DNA of 64,000 bases, taken from contig JAFAGR010000021.1 in the NCBI GenBank assembly GCA_023422565.1, positions 7,227-71,226 of the forward strand. The letters run 5' to 3'. Numbering within the stretch: the first letter of the stretch is position 1; each line of letters begins with the position of its first letter. Shown here in pieces: positions 57,000 through 64,000 of the stretch. The DNA is from Bacteroidota bacterium (GTDB lineage: Bacteria > Bacteroidota > Bacteroidia > Chitinophagales > Chitinophagaceae). Made by a program: the position numbers and the translations under genes. Under the pieces are notes generated by a model. That model searched no databases, was not told where the DNA came from, and saw only the letters and a program-made list of their open reading frames with translations.

Positions 57000-57065
57000 G
57001 GGCGTTCCCGGCCTCTGGCGGGCGGGCTATCTGGCCTACACGGTAGGCCTGCCTATCCCTAACGC
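57000..57065 (-). ncRNA. Structured repeat element copy 3
   Basis: GCGTT AGGGATAG GCA GGCCTAC-CGT-GTAGGCC AGATAGCCCG..AACGCCC, between convergent genes. Confidence 0.6.
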
Positions 57066-57273
57066 AGAATAGTTTAATAGCTTGCCCGCCTATGGCGTGG
57101 TTTAATCACTTTAATGCTACCCGTAGCGTGCAGTATTAAAGTGATTAAAAATGGGATTGCACATGCTAAAGTCCCAAAAGTCCTAATAGTCCTTAAAGCT
57201 CAAAGAACCCCCAAAACAAAAAATGGCCCGCAAATGCGAACCATTAATTCTTTGATCAACCAACATTTCAGTA

Positions 57274-58017
57274 TTAAGGAATACTCGTTGCAGTCAGCTT
57301 GGTAGTAACGTTTGAACTGTCCTGGTATTGAAAACCCATCACGTCAATATTTAAGCTGATGATGGAGGTGTTATGAACCATGCCCACTCTTGGCGCGTAA
57401 TAGCTCTGAATATTTGTGTAGATCTGGTTAGCCGGGATATTAACCGGGAATGGCACTCCCGGCGCAATTTCAACTGTTGCCGTTATATTATTTACTGTGG
57501 AACTTACCTGGATCACGTCGGTATAAGTTGCATAGCCCGGAACTGTGTATGTTAATCCCTTTGCTTCTATCTTATTGGTCAGCGTGCCGCTTACTGTGCC
57601 GGTGATTCCGGGTATTGTAATGTTGTTGAAACTCTGATTCCATGAAACCCCCGCGTTCTTGTTTGTGGAGAGGTACAAATTTTCTAACAATACACCCTGC
57701 AATGCTCCTCCCACATCAGCGAAAGTGTAATAATCTGCACCGCTTTGGTTGTAGTATTGATTAGTACCGCCGGTACTTTCAAACACTCGGTAAGTACGGC
57801 TTCCAACCACAGTGTCGCGGTTAGTGGTAGTTACCCGGTAATTTTCCGGAGGCGAGGGCGGATTATTCATTGTGCGCTGAAAATCACGGGTGGCACCGGC
57901 ATCCATAGACATATACGGGTCTCCTGCAGGCGGATTTGGTGTAGAATCGTCATCTTTGGAGCAGGAAACAAATAAAAGTGCACTGCTAAGCACGGCAAAA
58001 ACGGAAAGTTTTAACAT
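57274..58017 (-). CDS. Hypothetical lipoprotein
   Basis: Lipobox FVSC followed by SKDDD; C-terminal YYAPRVG. Confidence 0.8.
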   Translation of the reverse strand: MLKLSVFAVLSSALLFVSCSKDDDSTPNPPAGDPYMSMDAGATRDFQRTMNNPPSPPENYRVTTTNRDTVVGSRTYRVFESTGGTNQYYNQSGADYYTFADVGGALQGVLLENLYLSTNKNAGVSWNQSFNNITIPGITGTVSGTLTNKIEAKGLTYTVPGYATYTDVIQVSSTVNNITATVEIAPGVPFPVNIPANQIYTNIQSYYAPRVGMVHNTSIISLNIDVMGFQYQDSSNVTTKLTATSIP

Positions 58018-58077
58018 ATTTAAGTTATTAGGCTCCGAATATCCGCAAATTTTGGTTAATAATTAAATATTTCCTCT

Positions 58078-58085
58078 TATCTTTG
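58078..58085 (+). promoter_or_regulatory. -7 promoter element of infA/alpha operon (TATCTTTG)
   Basis: TAnnTTTG 13 nt before infA. Confidence 0.7.
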
Positions 58086-58098
58086 CGCTCCCAATTTT

Positions 58099-58317
58099 AT
58101 GGCTAAACAGGCATTAATTAAACAAGACGGAACAATCATAGAAGCACTGAGCAACGCTATGTTTAAAGTTAAGTTGGAAAATGGCCACGAAATACTGGCT
58201 ACTATCTCCGGAAAGATGAGGATGCACTACATCCGTATTCTGCCGGGAGATAAGGTGGGCGTGGAAATGAGCCCTTACGATCTTACAAGAGGCCGTATCA
58301 TTTTCAGGTATAAGTAA
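58099..58317 (+). CDS. infA: Translation initiation factor IF-1
   Basis: [32 protein letters not shown]. Confidence 0.98.
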   Translation: MAKQALIKQDGTIIEALSNAMFKVKLENGHEILATISGKMRMHYIRILPGDKVGVEMSPYDLTRGRIIFRYK

Positions 58318-58368
58318 AAAGATTCGCCGCTTATTGCGGCTATTTCGAATAGTTTAAAAAGAAACAAA

Positions 58369-58485
58369 ATGAAGGTTAGAGCTTCCATTAAAAAACGCAG
58401 CGCCGATTGCAAAATCGTGAGGAGGAAGGGGCGTTTGTACGTGATCAACAAAAAAAATCCACGCTTTAAGCAAAAGCAGGGATAA
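58369..58485 (+). CDS. rpmJ: 50S ribosomal protein L36 (not in ORF track)
   Basis: Translates to [38 protein letters not shown]; lacks the full zinc-ligand set. Confidence 0.97.
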   Translation: MKVRASIKKRSADCKIVRRKGRLYVINKKNPRFKQKQG

Positions 58486-58541
58486 AAGCTTTGGCTTGCC
58501 CAGGCTTATTGAAATTAAATTTTTAAAAATTCAGAATTAAT

Positions 58542-58922
58542 ATGGCTCGTATTGCCGGTATAGATCTACCAAAAACAAAAAGAGGAGAAGTTGGGCTTAC
58601 CTACATTTATGGTATTGGCCGTTCAACTGCGCGTTACATTCTCGGTAAAGCAGGTGTTGATGTAAATAAGAAAGTGAACCAGTGGAATGACGATGAGCAA
58701 ACCGCTATCCGTAACGTGATCTCGAATGAATTTAAAACGGAAGGTGCATTGCGCAGTGAAACGCAAATGAACATCAAGCGCTTGCTTGATATCGCTTGCT
58801 ACCGCGGCCTTCGCCACCGTAAAGGTTTACCGGTTCGCGGCCAGCGCACCCGTACCAACAGCCGTACACGCAAAGGAAAACGCAAGACGGTTGCCGGTAA
58901 GAAAAAAGTTGCTAAGAAGTAA
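58542..58922 (+). CDS. rpsM: 30S ribosomal protein S13
   Basis: [25 protein letters not shown]. Confidence 0.99.
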   Translation: MARIAGIDLPKTKRGEVGLTYIYGIGRSTARYILGKAGVDVNKKVNQWNDDEQTAIRNVISNEFKTEGALRSETQMNIKRLLDIACYRGLRHRKGLPVRGQRTRTNSRTRKGKRKTVAGKKKVAKK

Positions 58923-59063
58923 TAAATGATGATGCCGGGGCCCGCTCCGGTATCCTTATTATATGGCCCAAGTATTTTGTATCATGCCGGATAGCCCGGG
59001 CCGCAGGAGGATGATGCAAACCTGGTAACAGGAAATTTAATAACGATTACCTACAAAAGAATT

Positions 59064-59474
59064 ATGGCAAAAGCACAGGGCGGAAAACAAGGAGCGAAAG
59101 CTGCCGCCAAAAAAAGAGTAGTAAAGGTTGACAGCTACGGCGATGCACACATCGTGGCAAGCTTCAACAACATCATCATCAGCCTCACCAACAAACAAGG
59201 CCAGGTTATTTCATGGTCATCTGCCGGTAAAATGGGTTTTAAAGGAAGTAAGAAAAATACTCCGTATGCAGCCCAAATGGCAGGAGCTGATGCTGCAAAA
59301 ACCGCATTGGATGCAGGTTTGAAAAAAGTGGACGTTTTTGTTAAAGGTCCGGGAAGCGGCCGTGAAGGCGCTATCCGTTCTCTTTCTCAAAACGGTATTG
59401 AAGTAGTAATGATCAAAGACATTACTCCGCTTCCGCACAATGGCTGCCGTCCTCCAAAGAAAAGAAGGGTATAA
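59064..59474 (+). CDS. rpsK: 30S ribosomal protein S11
   Basis: [27 protein letters not shown]. Confidence 0.99.
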   Translation: MAKAQGGKQGAKAAAKKRVVKVDSYGDAHIVASFNNIIISLTNKQGQVISWSSAGKMGFKGSKKNTPYAAQMAGADAAKTALDAGLKKVDVFVKGPGSGREGAIRSLSQNGIEVVMIKDITPLPHNGCRPPKKRRV

Positions 59475-59619
59475 TAGCTGTGTTGAAGATGTTCTCTTCT
59501 GCATGCATAAAATATTGAATCGCCATACGGTTCATTTATCAAAGGGTGACTGATTAATTTTTTACGATTTTTTACCGATCTGCTCACCGTTTCAAAAAAA
59601 ATCGAAATGAAAAAAAAAT

Positions 59620-60225
59620 ATGGCACGTTACACTGGTCCAAAAACCAAGATCTCACGCAGGTTCGGTGAACCTATTACCGGAAACGGAAAATGGCTGACA
59701 AAAAACAGCAATCCTCCCGGTCAGCACGGCGCAAATAAGAAGCGCAAAACCCTCAGTGAATATGGTCTCCAGCTGAAGGAAAAGCAAAAAGCAAAGTACA
59801 CTTACGGTTTGCTGGAAAAGCAATTCCGCAAAACCTTCGATGAAGCCAGCCGTAAAAGAGGCGTTACAGGTGAAAACCTGATCAAGCTTCTTGAAGCGCG
59901 TTTGGATAATACCGTTTTCAGAATGGGTATAGCTCCAAGCCGCCAGGCAGCCCGCCAGTTGGTAAGCCACAAGCACATCACGGTTAACGGCGATGTGATC
60001 AACATCCCGAGCTATAGCTGCAAACCGGGTGATGTGGTTGGATTGAAAAACAAGAGCGCTGTTAATGCTTCGATCACAGGAAACCTGCGCGGTAAAAACG
60101 CGAAGTTTAATTGGTTAGATTGGAGCGAAGGCGATATGAAAGGTACTTTCATTACTTATCCGGAGAGAGAAAGTGTTCCTGAAAATATTAAGGAGCAACT
60201 GATCGTGGAATTGTATTCTAAGTAA
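59620..60225 (+). CDS. rpsD: 30S ribosomal protein S4
   Basis: MARYTGP, LKEKQK, LEARLDN, ARQLVSH, IVELYSK. Confidence 0.99.
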   Translation: MARYTGPKTKISRRFGEPITGNGKWLTKNSNPPGQHGANKKRKTLSEYGLQLKEKQKAKYTYGLLEKQFRKTFDEASRKRGVTGENLIKLLEARLDNTVFRMGIAPSRQAARQLVSHKHITVNGDVINIPSYSCKPGDVVGLKNKSAVNASITGNLRGKNAKFNWLDWSEGDMKGTFITYPERESVPENIKEQLIVELYSK

Positions 60226-60292
60226 TAGCATTGCTGTTACGGAACTTTTCCGATCGCTTTCACCATTATTCATTAAAACATCAATACCAAAT

Positions 60293-61288
60293 ATGGCCAT
60301 CTTAAATTTTGTTAAGCCAGATAAGATTGTTCTTCAAAAAGCAACCGATTTTGAAGCCCAGTTCGAGTTCCGTCCATTGGAACCCGGCTACGGAGTTACT
60401 ATCGGAAATGCGCTGCGCCGCGTATTGTTGAATTCCCTTGAAGGTTATGCCATTATCGGAATTAACATCGCAGGAGCAGATCATGAGTTTGCAACTTTAA
60501 AAGGCATAACTGAAGACGTTACCGAGATCATCCTTAATCTGAAGCAGGTTCGCTTCAAACTTAAAGTTGATCATGAAGTGAACGTTGAAAAGGTTACGCT
60601 TTCGATAAAAAATAAAACCGAGTTCACAGCGGGAATGATTGGAGAAGCTTCTCCGGCATTTGAAGTGATGAACCCTGAATTGCTTATCTGCACACTTGAT
60701 AACAGCGCGAAGCTTGATATCGAGCTGACTATCGGCAAAGGACGCGGTTATGTTCCTGCAGAAGAGCATAAAGATAAGAGCTCACATTTCGGATATATTC
60801 CTGTTGATGCTATCTACACCCCGATCAAAAATGTAAAATACCTGATCGAAAATACAAGGGTGGAGCAACGCACCGATTTCGAAAAACTGGTTATGGAAGT
60901 GGTTACCGATGGCACCATTCACCCTGAAGAGGCAGTGAAACAAGCCAGCCGCATCCTGATCCAACACCTGATGATCATCACTGATGAAAACATCACTTTC
61001 GATACGAAGGAAGATAAGAAAGAAGACCTGGTTGATGAACAAACGCTGCAATTGCGCAAGATGCTGAAGACTCCGCTGGAAGATCTTGATCTTTCTGTAC
61101 GTGCCTTCAACTGCCTGAAAGCGGCGAAGATCAATTCACTGAGCGAACTTGTTCAGTACGAACAGGAAGACCTGATGAAGTTCCGCAACTTCGGCCAAAA
61201 ATCTTTGAGCGAAATCGACTCAGTGTTGCACGATCGCGGCCTGAGCTTCGGAATGGATCTGAGCAAATTGAAATTAGATGACGAGTAG
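60293..61288 (+). CDS. rpoA: RNA polymerase alpha subunit
   Basis: PLEPGYGVTIGNALRR, GRGY, LSVRAFNCLK, RNFG.KS. Confidence 0.99.
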   Translation: MAILNFVKPDKIVLQKATDFEAQFEFRPLEPGYGVTIGNALRRVLLNSLEGYAIIGINIAGADHEFATLKGITEDVTEIILNLKQVRFKLKVDHEVNVEKVTLSIKNKTEFTAGMIGEASPAFEVMNPELLICTLDNSAKLDIELTIGKGRGYVPAEEHKDKSSHFGYIPVDAIYTPIKNVKYLIENTRVEQRTDFEKLVMEVVTDGTIHPEEAVKQASRILIQHLMIITDENITFDTKEDKKEDLVDEQTLQLRKMLKTPLEDLDLSVRAFNCLKAAKINSLSELVQYEQEDLMKFRNFGQKSLSEIDSVLHDRGLSFGMDLSKLKLDDE

Positions 61289-61289
61289 T

Positions 61290-61378
61290 CAATTTGGTAA
61301 TTAGCTAATTTGGAAATTTGATAATTATTATTATCGGTTTTCAATTATCAAATCATCAAATCACCAAATTTTCAAATT
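61290..61378. repeat. Inverted pair of octamer tracts between rpoA and rplQ
   Basis: caatttgg taattagc taatttgg aaatttga ... caattat caaatcat caaatcac caaatttt caaatt. Confidence 0.7.
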
Positions 61379-61432
61379 AATAAAGTACTCCGCAATTCCT
61401 GACACGGTGCGGAGGATTAAAAAACAAATGTC

Positions 61433-62197
61433 ATGCGTCACGGAAACAAACAAAACAACTTAAGCAGAACGGCTTCTCACAGAAAAGCCCTGCTGATGAA
61501 CCTGGGTTCACAACTGATCACTTACAAAAGGATCACAACCACTTTGGCTAAAGCAAAAGCTCTTCGTACTTACATTGAGCCGCTGATCACCAAAACAAAA
61601 TACACAGAGTCTAAAGAGCAGATCATGCATAACCACAGGTTGGTGTTCAGTTACCTGAACGACAAGCAGGCGGTGAAAGAACTGTTCACAAACGTAGCGC
61701 CTAAGGTTGCTGCACGTCCAGGTGGATATACTCGTATCATCAAGCTTGGTGCTCGTGTTGGTGACAATGCTGAAATGGCACTGATCGAACTGGTTGATTT
61801 CAATGAGATCTACGGCAAAGGAATTTCTGAAGCTGCTGAACCGGTTAAGAAAACACGTCGTTCAGGCGGAAAGAAAAAAGCTGAGGGCGATGCAACGGCA
61901 ACCACCGAAACTAAACCTGCTGCAAAGAAAAAAGCAGCTAAGGGTGATGATCTGAAATTGATCGAAGGTATCGGCCCGAAAGCATCGGAAGCACTGATCG
62001 CCGGTGGAATTACAACCTTTGCTGATATGGCTGCTGCCTCACCTGAGAAGTTGAAAGAAATTCTGGATGCATCTGAAGGCGCATTCGCAGGAATGGATAC
62101 AACTACATGGCCAGAGCAGGCACAACTTGCCGCTGATGGTAAAATGGACGAACTGAAAGAATTACAGGATAAATTAAAAGGCGGAAGAGAAGCGTAA
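61433..62197 (+). CDS. rplQ: 50S ribosomal protein L17 with C-terminal linker and helix-hairpin-helix domain
   Basis: MRHG...ITTTLAKAK...RPGGYTRI; then K/A linker and [12 protein letters not shown]...W..QA.LA domain. Confidence 0.95.
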   Translation: MRHGNKQNNLSRTASHRKALLMNLGSQLITYKRITTTLAKAKALRTYIEPLITKTKYTESKEQIMHNHRLVFSYLNDKQAVKELFTNVAPKVAARPGGYTRIIKLGARVGDNAEMALIELVDFNEIYGKGISEAAEPVKKTRRSGGKKKAEGDATATTETKPAAKKKAAKGDDLKLIEGIGPKASEALIAGGITTFADMAAASPEKLKEILDASEGAFAGMDTTTWPEQAQLAADGKMDELKELQDKLKGGREA

Positions 62198-62217
62198 TGA
62201 TTCAAAACTCTTATATG

Positions 62218-62248
62218 AAAAAGCAAACTGTTATGGTTTGCTTTTTTT
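62218..62248 (+). terminator. Intrinsic terminator after rplQ
   Basis: aaaagcaaactg-tta-tggtttgctttt plus T-tract. Confidence 0.8.
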
Positions 62249-62309
62249 ATGCACTGCAGTAAAAGGCAAGCAACTTATTTATTTTCTTTGTACACCGAAA
62301 AATTGATAC

Positions 62310-63416
62310 ATGGTTGATATGAATTCAGGAAAGGCCTTTCTTATACTGGCAGACGGAACTGTAATTGAAGGAAAAGCATTTGGTAAGTCGGGCACTGCAA
62401 CCGGAGAACTTTGTTTCAATACCGGTATGACCGGCTACCAGGAAGTATTTACTGACCCGAGTTATTACGGCCAGGTGCTGATAATGAACACCGCCCATAT
62501 TGGTAACTACGGCGTGCTTGATGAAGATGTGGAAAGTAATGGCGTAAAAGTGAAAGCGATCGTTGGTAAAAATTTGGAAGAGAAATTCAGCCGTCATAAC
62601 GCTAAGTCATCATTGCAGCAATATCTCGAAGAACAGAATATTGTAGCGATCGAAGGAGTAGATACACGTGCCCTGGTTGCACATGTGCGGCAGAAAGGAG
62701 CAATGAACTGTATTGTTTCTTCCGACGGAACAGCGGTGGAAGCCTTGAAGAAGCAATTGGCTGAAGTGCCTTCAATGGATGGATTGGAACTCGCTTCTGT
62801 AGTGAGCACAAAAGAACCTTATGAGTTGAAAGGAGAAATTTCAAAGTATAGAGTGGCTGTATTGGATTTCGGCGTAAAAAGGAACATTCTGAATTGCCTC
62901 ACCGAGCGCGGCCTTCACGTAAAGGTGTTCAACGCGAAAACTTCTTTTGAGGAGTTGGAAGCTTTTAGCCCTAACGGTTATTTCATCAGCAACGGCCCCG
63001 GTGATCCTGCACCTATGCAATATGCGGTGGATACGGTGAAGAAAATTCTTAGTGCAGATAAACCCTTATTTGGAATTTGTCTCGGTCACCAGTTACTCGC
63101 CCTTGCCAATGGCATTTCCACTTTTAAAATGCATCATGGCCACCGCGGATTGAACCATCCCGTAAAAAACCTGATCACCGGCAGAAGCGAGATCACCACG
63201 CAGAATCATGGCTTTGGCGTAGACCCTGAATCAGTAAAGGCCAACCCGGAGATCGAGATCACTCATGTAAACCTGAACGATAACAGCATTGAAGGTATCA
63301 GGATGAAAAACAAGAAAGCTTTTTCAGTTCAATACCATCCTGAAGCCACGCCCGGCCCGCACGACAGCCGATACTTGTTTGATACCTTTGTGGAAATGAT
63401 GGAAAGCAATTCATGA
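62310..63416 (+). CDS. carA: Carbamoyl-phosphate synthase small subunit
   Basis: FNTGMTGYQE..TDPSY, SNGPGDP, GICLGHQ, QYHPE; the start may be 62319. Confidence 0.97.
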   Translation: MVDMNSGKAFLILADGTVIEGKAFGKSGTATGELCFNTGMTGYQEVFTDPSYYGQVLIMNTAHIGNYGVLDEDVESNGVKVKAIVGKNLEEKFSRHNAKSSLQQYLEEQNIVAIEGVDTRALVAHVRQKGAMNCIVSSDGTAVEALKKQLAEVPSMDGLELASVVSTKEPYELKGEISKYRVAVLDFGVKRNILNCLTERGLHVKVFNAKTSFEELEAFSPNGYFISNGPGDPAPMQYAVDTVKKILSADKPLFGICLGHQLLALANGISTFKMHHGHRGLNHPVKNLITGRSEITTQNHGFGVDPESVKANPEIEITHVNLNDNSIEGIRMKNKKAFSVQYHPEATPGPHDSRYLFDTFVEMMESNS

Positions 63417-63838
63417 AAAAGATCGCTATCATAAATGGTCCAAACCTGAACATGCTCGGGAAGCGTGAAGTAGATATTTACGGTAACATGCCCTTTGAAG
63501 ATTATTTTCAAAAGCTGAAGAAAGATTTTCCCGAAATATCCTTCACCTTTTTTCAAAGCAATGTGGAAGGTGAATTGATCAATGAAATTCAGCGGGCAGG
63601 CTTTGAATCAGACGGAATTATTTTGAATCCAGGTGGTTACACGCACACATCAGTTGCAATAGGAGACGCTATCACTGCGATCAAAGCACCGGTAGTTGAG
63701 GTGCACATCTCTAATATTTTTGGAAGGGAAGAATTCAGAAAGATTTCGCATGTGTCTGGGAAAAGCGTGGGCGTGATCAGCGGACTCGGACTGATAGGGT
63801 ACAGGTTGGCTGTTGAATATTTAGTCGATAGCCGGTAG
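63413..63838 (+). CDS. aroQ: Type II 3-dehydroquinate dehydratase
   Basis: NGPNLNMLGKRE..IYG, QSN.EG, NPGGYTHTS, EVHISN..RE.FR. Confidence 0.97.
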   Translation: MKKIAIINGPNLNMLGKREVDIYGNMPFEDYFQKLKKDFPEISFTFFQSNVEGELINEIQRAGFESDGIILNPGGYTHTSVAIGDAITAIKAPVVEVHISNIFGREEFRKISHVSGKSVGVISGLGLIGYRLAVEYLVDSR

Positions 63839-63895
63839 CCGATAGTCATGCTTTTGACACGGACTATGGACTACAGACTATAGACTTCAGACTAT
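63823..63895. repeat. Inverted pair of heptamer tracts (GATAGYC)n ... (GACTAYR)n
   Basis: gatagcc ggtagcc gatagtc ... gactatg gactaca gactata gacttca gactat. Confidence 0.7.
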
Positions 63896-63897
63896 CT

Positions 63898-64000
63898 CTA
63901 GTCTTTGATATCATTCACAACCTCTTCGGTTTTCTCACCTACTTTTTTTGCACCTTTCTTGGTGGCATCCCATGCATCTTTAGCACCTTCCTTTGTGTCT
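63898..64000 (-). CDS. 3' end of a hydrophilic LEA-like repeat protein (truncated by window edge)
   Basis: Minus frame DTKEGAKDAWDATKKGAKKVGEKTEEVVNDIKD then TAG at 63898-63900. Confidence 0.6.
   Translation of the reverse strand, partial: DTKEGAKDAWDATKKGAKKVGEKTEEVVNDIKD

Noticed and set aside
58369..58485. Zinc-free L36 as a zinc-starvation paralogue
   Set aside because: It sits in the canonical operon position, and this form is normal for Bacteroidota.
1..64000. Prophage, integron, defence island, rRNA or tRNA genes
   Set aside because: No integrase, phage structural gene, restriction/defence gene or stable-RNA signature was recognised.

Overview
A 64-kb chromosomal segment of a Bacteroidota bacterium, most likely Chitinophagaceae-like. 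This rests on TAnnTTTG -7 promoters, T9SS cargo proteins, bamD-rpoZ-coaBC-DUF4835 synteny and a zinc-free L36. Most of the window is housekeeping: rpsL-rpsG and a detached fusA, infA-rpmJ-rpsM-rpsK-rpsD-rpoA-rplQ, htpG, recJ, pckA, tgt, rsmG, rsmI, carA, aroE and aroQ. No rRNA, tRNA, CRISPR or prophage was seen. Five accessory features stand out. (1) A four-gene signalling cassette (small soluble protein, polytopic membrane protein, sensor-less histidine kinase, NarL/LuxR regulator). Its promoter carries TACCGT/ACGGTA boxes phased at exactly 23 bp, and a structured, terminator-ended non-coding region lies divergently, an agr/RNAIII-like layout. (2) A probable extracellular nucleic-acid uptake locus (EEP nuclease, TonB-dependent transporter, DUF5689-like lipoprotein, lamin-tail T9SS protein). 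(3) A probable copper-uptake operon led by a Cys-rich leader ORF ending in IFHPP. (4) Three dispersed copies of a structured three-way-junction element with compensatory base changes. (5) Many intergenic 7/8-mer tandem-repeat tracts and a catalytically eroded IS1595-like gene. All family assignments come from motif recognition by eye, not database searches.
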